64,000 nucleotides of DNA from Felis catus (Eukaryota): NCBI RefSeq assembly GCF_018350175.1, contig NC_058379.1, positions 2,976,001 through 3,040,000 on the forward strand, read 5' to 3'. Below are positions 41,333 to 52,759 of this stretch, in pieces; positions within the stretch are counted from its first letter, which is position 1, and each line of letters opens with the position of its first letter. The notes below the pieces were generated by a model. That model ran no database searches, was not told the origin of the DNA, and saw only the letters and a list, made by a program, of their open reading frames with translations. The position numbers were made by a program, and so were the translations under genes.

Positions 41333-42757
41333 CCAACGCGGGAACAGAGTGGGAAAGAAGAGTGGAAGGGCATTAGAGCAGGGGTTGAGACCTCGCGTAC
41401 CTGCAGGGCATAGCTGATAACACAAAGTAGCAATCGTAATTAATAATCGTAACAAATAGCGGAAAACCCTTACGTGTTGCTTTCAGGGTGGTAGGCGCGG
41501 ACAAGCTGCCTTGCCTGCTGCCAATCATCTGAGCTTCACAGCCGGCCTTCAAGTCCCCATCCTACAGAGGAGGACACCGAGCCATAGAGAGATTTGAGCA
41601 GTGCACCTGCTGTCACAGCTAGCAGGCGGCCGAATCAGGACCGAGCGGGCAGGGCGGAAGCGTGCGCCACACGGAGGCCGCAGCCGGAGTCCGCTCTGTG
41701 CACCTGCTGCCCCTGGGGAGGGCATATTCCGCATCCTCCTGAAAGGGGTCAGAAAGGGGGTTTCCTTACGAAACGTCTCAGTTAAGTATTGATTCAGTTA
41801 GATCACGTCACAACCTCTGGATAAGAACTGGGTAAAAATGCGGGCTGGAAGATGCTGACGGCGACCTCGTGGCGTCTCGGTGACTCTCGGAGACCCGGCT
41901 GGCGGAGCTCACACAACGCTGGCCCTCGGTTCTTCTGACTGCGAACCCAGTGCGCGCGTCACTGCGTAACAGACGTCAGCAGACCCCCGTGACATAAAAA
42001 TGAAATGATGGACCTTTTGTTTTCGTTTATTGTTGTCGTTTATTAATTGTGATATAGGAAACAGTTTATGATGACACTTTAATGGCTGGCTAACGGTTAT
42101 AATTGTTGCCCGTGGACTGGGTGCCGCTTGCGGCTGGGCTTGCTCAGGAGTCTGTGCTCGCCTCCCGGCCTGCTGGGGGCCGGCCTGCCGCCTCCTCGGT
42201 GTGGACTCCCCTCCGAAGCCTCGGCCGGTTACTTTAATGAGAGCCGAAGTGTGGGGAGAGCAATTAGGCTTTCAGAAGGGCGATTAAGGGAAGTGGCTCA
42301 TTGACACCTGACAAATTCCAACTGTTCAGGCCCAGTTTTAATCTTTGCTCCTATTCCCAGGGAAACAATCATCTAAGGAAGCTGAAATTAGAGGCCCGGC
42401 ACCATCGGGAGTTAATTCTATAGACCGCAAACCTTGCAAATGCTGGAAAAGTGAACAGGCTTAGCAAAAATGGAGGCTGGGTGCTGCATTAATGGCCCAG
42501 AGAGGGTTTTCCTGCCTTCCTCCAGGATGTGCGGATTCGCGTGAACAGGACAGAACAGTGGGGCGCCTGGGTGGCTCAGGTGATTGAGCGTCCGACCCTT
42601 GATCTCAGCTCGGGTCACAATCTCAGGGTTCGTGGGTGGACGCGAGCCCCGTGTCGCGCTCTGAGCTGGCAGAACAGAGCCCGCTTGGGGTTCTCTGTCT
42701 CTCGCTCTCTCTCTGCCTCTCCCCGATTCTCTCTGAAAATACATTTTAAAACTTTTA

Positions 42758-42984
42758 TTTTTTTTTAAATTTTTTTTTCAACGTTTATTTATTTTTGGGA
42801 CAGAGAGAGACAGAGCATGAACGGGGGAGGGGCAGAGAGAGAGGGAGACACAGAATTGGAAACAGGCTCCAGGCTCTGAGCCATCATCAGCCCAGAGCCC
42901 GACGCGGGGCTCGAACTCACGGACCGCGAGATTGTGACCTGGCTGAAGTCGGATGCTTAACCGACTGCGCCACCCAGGCGCCCC
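42758..42984 (-). mobile_element. Young SINEC_Fc-like element, 3' member of the composite
   Basis: Near-consensus full-length SINE with a 3-bp duplication (ccatcatcagccc); no individual TSD. Confidence 0.96.
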
Positions 42985-43086
42985 TGGGAGCATGATTTTC
43001 TATTTATAAATATGCCATTGATAATCAAGTTGTTTTCAATATTTTGCTTTGATGAATACTATATACACATTATTTTTCACATTTTC

Positions 43087-43314
43087 TTTTTTTTTTTTTT
43101 AATTTTTTTTTCAACGTTTATTTATTTTTGGGACAGAGAGAGACAGAGCATGAATGGGGGAGGGGCAGAGAGAGAGGGAGACACAGAATCGGAAACAGGC
43201 TCCAGGCTCTGAGCCATCAGCCCAGAGCCCAACACGGGGCTCGAACTCATGGACCGCGAGATCGTGACCTGGCTGAAGTCGGACGCTTAACCGACTGCGC
43301 CACCCAGGCGCCCC
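43087..43314 (-). mobile_element. Young SINEC_Fc-like element, 5' member of the composite
   Basis: Near-consensus full-length SINE with intact A/B boxes; its 5' end abuts the right TSD copy. Confidence 0.96.
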
Positions 43315-44268
43315 CATTTTAAAACTTTTAAATAAAATAAATTTAAAAATAGAACAGTTCCTAGAATAAAGGTGAACAATATTTGTGCAAACTCACTATG
43401 ATCACTCAAACCCCAGAAAATCTTGGTGAGAACCTACTCAGAGCAAGACATCGCAAATGTGCTGGAGGGCTTACTAAACGTCCACTGAGTGGAGGGACAG
43501 CTGACCACGAAGGTTGACGGCCTGCTTCTCAGAATGAGACACTCACAGGGCACACCCAGCACAAATGGGTTTGCAGAAGCCAGCAGTGTGGGTGAATCAG
43601 ATACGATCCAGGCATCTCTCCCCAACTCTTGATTTAGCTGATGTGGTAACTAGAATGTGAACCCTCCCCACCCCCCCAAAGAAAAGACCCACATCCTAAT
43701 CCCTGGAACTCGTGGATGGATATGCTGCCTTCCGTGACCAAGGACACTTTGCAGATGGGATGAAGGTCGGGGGCTGGAGGCAAGGAGGTTGCCCGGACCA
43801 GCCAGGTGGACCCTGTGCTCACGGCTTCTTACGGGAGGGACACCGAGGGCCAGGGGAGGGGGAGGGATGGCTGTCCACTCCCCTGTGCCTCAGTCTCCTT
43901 ATCTGCACAATGGGCGACGGTCGCAGCCCGTGCCTCACAGCAAGAATGCAAGGACCACGTGAATTAACACAGGAAATGTGCTTCTAGCTTCCAGTGATAA
44001 AAACAAAGGTTATTATGTATGAAAACAGCCTGATTCCTGGGGAACTTCAAACCCTCTTTTTTCTTTTCTAACTGAAGTGTAGTTGCCACAATGTTGCATT
44101 ACTTTCAGGTGTAGGACACAGTGAGGCGACACATCTATACATCATGCTGTGCTCACAAGTGTAGCAGCTACGTGTCACCATGCAACACTAATCGCCACCG
44201 ACGACCTCCATCCGCGTGCGGTACCTCCGGTCCCCAGGACTTCAAACCCATTTTTAAAATACACAGTA

Positions 44269-44511
44269 GGGGCGCCTGGGTGGCTCAGTCGGTTGGGCGT
44301 CCGACTTCAGCTCAGGTCACGATCTCGCGGTCCGTGAGTTCGAGCCCCGCGTCGGGCTCTGGGCTGATGGCTCAGAGCCTGGAGCCTGCTTCCGATTCTG
44401 TGTCTCCCTCTCTCTCTGCCCCTCCCCCGTTCATGCTCTGTCTCTCTCTGTCCCAAAAATAAATAAAAAACGTTGAAAACAATTTTTAAATAAAAAATAA
44501 AAATAAAAAAA
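44269..44511 (+). mobile_element. Young felid Can-SINE
   Basis: Near-consensus, long patterned A tail; TSD taaaatacacagta at 44255-44268 and 44512-44525. Confidence 0.97.
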
Positions 44512-45285
44512 TAAAATACACAGTAACTAACAGAGTATTAATGTAACATACTGCCATTTCAAACTCAGTCCAAAGACAGGAGGAGACTCGACCGTAGCTT
44601 CCGCGAGCCTGCCGGGCAGTGTTTCTCTGTGCGAGCCTTACAACTAAGTGAGCGTGTGTGCGCATGTATGGGCCTGTTTGCACACATAAATTTTGCCGGA
44701 TCGCTTGCGTTAGATTAAAGTTACTGCTTCCCATTTAATTTCCTCAGGGCCCTGGCAATAACTCGGATCCCTCTGTGGTGTGAGTAGCCTCCGAAAATGG
44801 TTCCGACCTGGCTGAATGGCTGCTTAGGTATTGGTTAGACTAAGCTGAAGCGATAGATGACCTTCATCCAGAAAGGCGGGAGAGACGCGTCATGTGAAGG
44901 GACACATATCCCGGTGGTCCCCAGCTCCCTAAAGCCTTGATCCAGAGCACCCCTGAAAGTGCCCCTTCGCATCCGTCTTACTGATGCCCATCCTTGCTTC
45001 CCTGTAGAGAAACACGTGCGTGTGCTCACACCCTGAAAGCTCACGCTCTACAGACCCCCCATCTTCCCTCCAGTCCCCTCCTCGGGAAGGCTTGCCCACA
45101 GTGCGGTCTGCCGTGCCGTGCGGAAGGATGGGTTGGAAATTGCCGGATACTGTAAAGGTGGATAGGGCGCACGTGTGTTTGATTTGGAACATTTATTTCT
45201 TCTTTTCTTTTCCTGAGCAATAGTTATTTTATTGTGCTTATATTAGTTTGTGTGTGTGTGTGTGTGTGTGTCTTGAAAAAGATGA

Positions 45286-45494
45286 GTGGCACCCGGGTGG
45301 CTCAGTCGGTTAAGCATCCGACTCTTGATTGGCTCAGGTCATGATCTCACGGTTCGTGGGTTCGAGCCCCGTGTCGGGCTCTGTGCTGACAGTGCAGAGC
45401 CTGCTGGGAACTCTCTCTCCTTTCTCTCTCCCACTCCCCATTCTTGCTCTCTCTCTCTCTCTCTCTCTCTCAAAATAAATAAATAAGCTTAAAA
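45286..45494 (+). mobile_element. Older Can-SINE, preceded by (TG)n at 45249-45271
   Basis: ggcacccgggtggctcagtcggttaagc...; TSD aaaaagatga. Confidence 0.92.
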
Positions 45495-46199
45495 AAAAAG
45501 ATGACAAGTTACTCCTGCCCTCACGCTTAGCGTTCATGGCCACGTGATGTAATAGGAGTCGGGCCTTCAACGTGTCACCGGCGTGTTCTACACGGTAGGG
45601 GTGGGGCTGTGGGTGGGGGAGCTTGGCGGGGGAGGGGTGCCTGGCCACTGGGGGAGGTCACAGAGGCTCAGGGGCAGGGAGGGCTGGAATCAATGCCAGG
45701 GCTCTGTCCCCAGGCTGTCACAAACCTGGCGGTGGCCGCTGAGCCTGACCTGGGACCTCACAGGTGGGGACAGAGCAGGTGCACACAGAGGCTCACCACA
45801 CTGAATTAACAGGAAGGGTGACAGGTCTTGGCTGCTGTGCCTACCTGTGTGGCCACTCCCGCCCCCCCCCCAGGGGCCGCCGAGGGAGAGCTGGGTGCTC
45901 CCACAGGGACCCCATGACCCCCAGAGGCCGGCAAGCTTCTTCCGGGCTGAGGGAGGCAGGGGGCCCGGGGTCCAGCTTCAGCTCTGCCCCGTCTGGCCTG
46001 CTCCTCACCCGAGGAATCAACCAGACCACGCTCCTCACGTTTCTGGGCATAAAGCCCCCGGAGAACCTGCTGGATAGTCTCTGGGCCCCACCCAGAGGCT
46101 CCGATGCAGCAGAACCGGGCAGAGGCCCAAGCAAAGCGGGGCTCGGGAGTAGGACCGCCCTGGGTCCCACACCCCCACCTCACCCAGCTGTGGGACCTT

Positions 46200-47110
46200 G
46201 GACAGACCCTCCCCCTCTCTGTGTCCTCATCGCACCGCGGAGATGGGACCCCCGTGCCGGTCGAGCGGGACGCAGGGAGGCCGCTCTCAGGCCCCTGGGA
46301 AACTCAGCTGCCCTGGGGCGTCGTCAGCGTCCGGCCCGCACGACCCCGTGGCCCGGCTGCGAGCTCCGTGGACGCCCTTCGTGATTCCAGGCTGGCGAGG
46401 CGGCCGGTGCTTGGCGCACAGGGAACCCATGAGTGTCTGCGATTCCTGCTTTTCCCTGTGGGGACCGCTGTGGTGAAGTCTCTCTAAAATAAGCCCGGAG
46501 AACGTCACAGCCGCGAGAGCCACGGCGCAGGTGACGGACGCGCGCCTGGAGCCCGTGCTCCTGGGTCACCGTGACCTCGTAGCAGAGCTCCCGCCGGTCG
46601 CGCCGTTCCTCTGGCGCTTCCCGAAAACCTGGGGCCGCCGCGGGCGTCTCGGCAGGAGGCCCCAGCCCTGACCCACTCACCCCAGCCTGCACTCCCTCCC
46701 ACACGCCACGGAGGGTCCCCCCCCCGCCCCCCCGGGCCCCAGGCACACGCCGGACCCGTCAGGAGAAGCGGGAGCCGGTTCCTGTCAGTTTGGAACATTT
46801 CTGGAAAGACGGGCCTCGTTCTCTGATCTTGCGAAGCTGCTAAAGAAGCAGTTTTCTCGTAGGACGTGAAAAGCCGCCTGCTTCCCTACTGCGCAGCGTC
46901 GGGACTAATAACGAGCTAATTAATTAACCCTGCGCTCCGGCCCAGACAGACCCTCCGCCTCCGACCCCCCTTACGGGTAGGGTGCAGCCGCGGGGGACAA
47001 AGGCAAGAGCCACATAAACACAGCGGGCTCCAGAGGCGGGGGGGCGGCAGCCCGGGCCTGACCCGGCGACCCCCCAGCCTCATCGGAGACCCGGGCTCCC
47101 GCCTCAAGGC
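46200..47110. promoter_or_regulatory. CpG-island-like intergenic segment
   Basis: Very high GC with dense CpG (ggacgcgcgcc, ccgccggtcgcgccg, gccgccgcgggcg); judged by eye only. Confidence 0.5.
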
Positions 47111-49967
47111 CTCAAGACGAACCCTGCAGCTCCGACTCTCACGTAATCATTCCAAGTAACGAGAAGGAGAAAGTGAGCCTCTGGGGCTGCTCCCTGTGAG
47201 AGATCTTTCTGGAAAGGTCTCCCGGTGCTGCCTCTTTTGTCAGATTGACCAGGACTTCGTTGTGCGGTCAAGGGAAGCCAGGACGCGTGGACGGTCACCT
47301 GGGGAAGGCGTCACCCCTAGCAGAGCCAAGGTCCTGTGGTCGTCTTGGGGGGGGGGGGAGCATCAGCTGCACCACCCACGCCCACCGCGCCCGCTTTCCC
47401 ACCTCCCGGCGCTGCACCCACCCAGCTGCCCAGCCAGAAGCAGGGGGCGCCCCTGACTCCTCCCTTCCCTGCGCCCCCCACATGGAGGGGACAGCACACT
47501 CCAACAGCTCCACCTCCAGAACGGACCCCGAGCTGTCCGTTTTGCTCTGCTCCCCTCCTCCGTCCTCCGCAAGCCTCCACTGTGGTCTCCTCCAGCACCC
47601 ACTCTGCTCCCTGCCATCCACCTCTGCTCGGGAGCAAAGTCTGACCGGGCCACCCCCTCCCTGCTCAAAACTCTCTGGTTTGGCATCGAAACCCCGGGGC
47701 CGTCAGGGGCCTCCGCAACCCGCACCCCCGAGACCTAAGCGCGCGGCCCACCTCTCTCCAGGCCTCTCCTGAGCTCCACCCGTGGCCGCCGCCTCTCCTG
47801 TTCCCCCAGCTCCGGGGCCCCCTTCCGTCCCAGGGCACCGGCATCTGCTCTTCCGGCTTGGGGTACCTTCCGTTCCAGCCTCTCGTGCACCCACATCAGG
47901 GTAAGGTCCCCTGCCCTGATGCCAGATCTCGCCCAGCTCACCCAGACCCGGGCCACTCTCCAGCCCTGTTTTGTCTCCTCGCCACACTCATCACAACCTG
48001 GAAATACCTTTTGAAAAATTGATTTGTGTCCTGGTACACGGTTGGACTCCGCCCACCAGAAGATGGCCAGCCATGGGGCAGCGAGCAGAGCTGGCCTTTC
48101 CTGGCTCACGGCCGTGGTCCCCAGGGCCACAACAGGGCCCGACCCAGAGTAAGTGCTCGGAAACGACTTGTGGGGACGACGGATGAGTGGATGAATGCGC
48201 GAAGGCCGTTTGAGGCACACTGGATGAGATCGGAACAGACAGCGGATGAAGTGAGGGGCAGGCCTGGGGGCAATCAACCAGTGTCCCCTTTGGAAGAACA
48301 AAGCCGCGGGCAGAGGTGCTCGCAAGTCAGTGAACAGCAAACCGGTAAATAATGCATCTCGAGAGCGCACTCTGAGAATTCTTCCCCGACCACGAAGCGG
48401 GGGCACCTAGATGCAGCGTGGACTTTCTAGCATCTGGCTTCCGCCCAACCCAGAAGCACAGAAGAAAGGGGGCTCCTTCCCAGAATGACGAGATTGCACT
48501 GGACAACTTAATGGAAAATTCTCGGTTCCCGCTGAGGCATTAAATCGTTGGCTTCCACACGGAAGCCTCGTCGCCTGGGACAAGCCCTTGACAAACTGTT
48601 TCTTTATTTTTTCATGGAAATGTTATGGGCGAAGAAGATGAACCAGAAAGTTCTTCGCCCAACTACAGCATCGTCTGTGAGCCTGACTGATCGATCAGCA
48701 GCCACGGCCGGAAGGACGAGAGAGTCCGCAGACGGATGGTTGCTTTGTGCGTGCGATTATAGTGAGTTATTAATTATGTGTTTGGTCTCAGCTTGAGAGC
48801 TTGAGTTACGAGTTGCTCATGGAGAAAGAGGGCTGTCTTCCTCTGCCTACGTGGCTCATCACTGCCCTCCACCTGGAAAAATAGAGCCTCCTGCCCGGAG
48901 ATTCTCGAGTTCTCATGACTGAGGTTATTATATAATGAAAGTTAAGCTCGGAGAGCTCCGATCTGGGTAGTTGGGTGCTCCAGGGATAAGGGCCGTTAGG
49001 GCTTTAGGTCACCCTGGGCACCCGTGAATGGAAGCCGGCATCCCCAATGTGTGCCATTAAGCCACTGTGACTGGACAGTCACAACACAGCTCAGGGTCGT
49101 GTCAGCCGGGTTAAGAAGTACCTCGGCCGTATTTGCCTGGAGAGTGACTCCAGATCTCCCCCTTAAAGCCCTCGCAGGTGGAAGGCAGGTGCTGGTCTGG
49201 GTGGGTGGTGAACTCCCACGGCGCTGTATTTGGTGCGTGCCCTATTGCTTCCATTCTTTAACTACTTCCCAAGAAGATCAAAATACAGCCTTAAACCAGA
49301 AGCCTGTGAGATATGAAAACAAAGCATGATTTTAGCTTTTGATGAAGATTTCAAGCCTTTTTTTTTTTTTTGGAAGAGATAGCTCCCGTGAGACCCCCCC
49401 AGAAATGAGAGGGAAGGAAGCCCTTCGTTTCATGGCACGGCCTCAGCCGGTTTGTTCCAGAAATAACACATAGGCACAGCATGTCAGTGTTTGGACCTAG
49501 TGGGAACTCGGGAAACAGTCAGCGAGACTTGGGGGGACTCAGGGCTCCGTGATGAATTTCCCTGCTTAGTTTCCTTCACTTAAAAAAGGAAAAAACGTAG
49601 TTTTAACCTGCAACAATGCATTACATGCTCGTTTTGGGAAAGCAGAAAGCCACAGGAAGAACGCCTAGGAAAATAAATCCCATCCGTCACCCCATCACCC
49701 CAACCATGGATGCATGTGCATCATTGTAAGTGCCGCTTTATGCATATCTATGCCTAAGTGTTGATAAAACTGTCACCATACTCCACGTACTATGGTGACT
49801 ACGTCTCCCTGTTCAGTCATATCATTGATAATATAATTTCTAAAGGCAGCACACGATTCCGGGTTATATAACCAGATAATAATTAATTGGTTATTTCTGG
49901 ATGTTTGCATTGTTTAAAATTAGGTATCGTAATGAATGCCGTGAGGGATTTACCTCGTACACAGATC

Positions 49968-50162
49968 TTTTTGTTAATGTTTGTTTATTTTGAGAAAGGA
50001 GAGAGAGAGTGGGGGAGGGGCAGGGAGAGAGGGAGCCAGAGGATCCCAAGCAGACTCCACTCTCAGCTCAGAGCCCGATACGGGGCCCGAACTCACAAAC
50101 CGTGAGATCACGACCCGAGCCGAAACCAAGACACTTGACCGACTGAGCCACCCGAGGGCCCC
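49968..50162 (-). mobile_element. Older Can-SINE
   Basis: Poly-T tail, gatcccaagcag...gtgagatcacgacc...gactgagccacccgagggcccc. Confidence 0.88.
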
Positions 50163-50923
50163 AGAATTTTTTTTTTTAAAAGAAGGGTTACTGTGGCCAT
50201 GGAAAGAGACCCTCTAGATATCCTTCAAGAACATCTCAGCTGCCGTCTTCCTACCATCCTCATGCTTGCAAGATGGCTGCTGGAGTTCCAGCCATTGCGC
50301 CTGAGTTCTGAGCAAAAAGGGGAAGAGGTTAAGGGCAGAGGTCATCATAATGGGCGGAGGTGTGTCTCATAATGTCACACCTGGAAAATCCTGCTTACAA
50401 CTTGGACTCACGGTGTGTGTTTTTAACGGGCGCGTTGCCTCCTTGAGCAAAAGCAGGGCTTGGTGGTAAGCGAGAAGGAGAGAGTGGATATGGGCCTGCG
50501 TTTAGCATTCTCTGGCCCCCACCGTGAATCCACTTGCCGGAAGTCTCATAGCCAGTGGGAGGGTCCCTACCCAGCAGCTCCAACACGGGTTGAGAAGGGC
50601 ATGACCCGGTGCTCCCTCAAGGGCCTGGACCAGACCCCAGATTTGGTGAATGGTGTAACTCACCCACCGCTAATCTTGACTCGGGCGCGAGCTTTTAGAC
50701 TCGACCTGCCGGTGCCTGGTTCCGATGACACTGTCGTCTCCGAACAGCCCGGAGTGTCACCTTTCTGGAGTAACTGTAGCCTCTTTTCATTGCGTGCAAC
50801 CGAAAATAACAAGAGATGACAGAAGAAACTGTTTGAAAGACAAGGGGGTCCCTTGGAACCGAAGGGCTGGAACTATAGCACGGACGACCGGAATCTGGGA
50901 ACTGAACACGTTAAAAAAACCCC

Positions 50924-51070
50924 CTGTCCCTGTCTCTGTCCCTGTCCCCGTCTCTGGCTCTGTCCCTGTCTCTGTCCCTGTCCCCGTCTCTGTCTCTGTC
51001 CCTGTCTCTGTCTCTGCCCCTGCCTCTGTCTCTGTCCCCATCTCTGTCTCTGCCCCCGCCTCTGTCTCCG
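50924..51070. repeat. Hexamer repeat (CTGTCC/CTGTCT)n
   Basis: ctgtccctgtctctgtccctgtccccgtct... for ~24 units. Confidence 0.93.
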
Positions 51071-52582
51071 TTTCACATTCTGCTCTGTTCTGAATATTTG
51101 TTGCGTTTTTCCCTCTTTATCCCAGCTCAGAATTCTCCGAGAAAGATTCCGATTGCCTGTCTTAGATCAAATGTTCATCTCTGGACCAACGAACGGATTG
51201 TAGCCAGAGGAAGAGATTGTACGTTACGTATATTATTGGTAATAATGCGTATGTTAGTGATTAGGACTCAGACACGTAGAAATCTGCAAAATCGGATATT
51301 AACCAAATGATTCTTGTCATAATCGCAACGCAGCTGATTTAGAGAAGTCAACCACGACGTTTGTGGCTTTACCTGATCTTACTTTACAGTTTTTAAAAAT
51401 GTCCCCGACGGCACCGGTCCTAGCGAATTCGACCTCACTTCCTCCCTGGGCGGGGCCAGTAGGGCAAGGCTGTTGCCTTTCCCACAGAATTTTCTCTGAG
51501 TGCGAGTTCGGGGAGATTCTGCGTTCGCGGAGGGAGATGAGTTTTACATTCTCTCAAGCAAGAAGAATTTGTCCCGGGTGTGGAAAGTCGTTCGTCGTGG
51601 CCGCAGGCGTCTCAGGTCACACAGTCAGGTGCAGAGTTATCTTTCTGGAACCGTCCCAGGTCGGGGTCCCCAGGAGGCAGACCCCAACACGGAGACCGTC
51701 TTGGGAGAGAAGGACAGGAAGTGAATGGAGACGCAGATGTGCAATGCTGTCCCGAGGACGGCCTCAACCCCGCGTTCTGGAAGCCGTCCGGGGTGGGCGA
51801 GGGGGCCAGGCCTCTAGAACCCACGTCAGATCATCTCAGCGTCCGGGCCCCCCAGGAAGGAAGCTCTCTGGGGCTCAAGCCGTCACCAGAGAAGGCGGGG
51901 GGGGGGGGGTTCTGTCTGCAGCTTGCAAGGAACGGGGGGCCAGGCCTCCCTCTGGAGGGGGGAGGGGAGGAGGCCTCGCAGCCTCTGCCACCAGTCACAC
52001 CCCTTGGCTGCTGCGTTCATCGGCCTACTTCCGGGCCGACGTGTCCCTCCCACGTCCCCTCCGCCCCCTCGTGCCTCTGTTTCCTCCTGTGTACCGTGGG
52101 AATCACAGCAAAACTTGGGATTTTTGTGGGATTAAAATCAATAGGAGACCCTCAGGATCGCGTCTGGTGCAGAGTGAGCTCTCTCCAGCCTTTGGTATTA
52201 TTCTTATTACTTTGGATGTTGGGCTTAAACTCAACCGTTTCGGGGTCCCCCTCCCCCTTCCTTTTTCCCCTGGTCCCTGACAGTGTGTAACTAGGTTTCT
52301 CGCTTTGGTAAATCTGAGGTTTTAACATCGGCCCTACGTCCAGATGTGGACACTCTCTTCCGGCCTGACCCGCGACAGCCTCGTGCCGGACAACTAGGGA
52401 CAGTCCCCAGGTCCTAGAGCCCATGAAAGCCACTCACACGGGCCAGCCCTAATCGTGCTCCCCCTGACGAGCCCATTCGTCCCTGTGGAGGCCTCCATAA
52501 AGGCTGCTGCCCACATCTGCCCCCTTCCTGCTGAGGGCCCTGGTGCTCCCTGTGGCCCTGTCGGGGACTGGGAGTTAAAATC

Positions 52583-52759
52583 TTTTTTTTTGAAGTATAT
52601 TTATTTATTTTGAGAGGGAGCACACGAGCAGGGGAGGGGCAGAGAGAGAGGGAGGCATAGAGAATCCCAAGCAGGCTCTGAGCCGTCAGCCCCGACGCGG
52701 GGCTCGATCTCACAACTGTGAGGTCGTGACCTGAACCGAAACCAAGAGTCAGACGCCCC
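52583..52759 (-). mobile_element. Older Can-SINE with internal 5' deletion
   Basis: gagtcagacgc runs straight into cccc, so the A-box segment is missing; flanks ttaaaatc / taaaaatc. Confidence 0.85.

Larger units (their letters stand above)
42560..43350 (+). mobile_element. Older Can-SINE (host) whose A-rich tail is interrupted by a composite insertion
   Basis: Body 42560-~42741, tail resumes at 43315-43350; own TSD agaacagt at 42552-42559 and 43351-43358. Confidence 0.9.

Noticed and set aside
50725-51203. Metallothionein- or keratin-associated-like CPCLCPC ORF
   Set aside because: Direct translation of the hexamer microsatellite.
51363-52290. 305-aa and 236-aa overlapping ORFs
   Set aside because: Non-ATG starts, GC-rich sequence, no recognisable domain; expected by chance.
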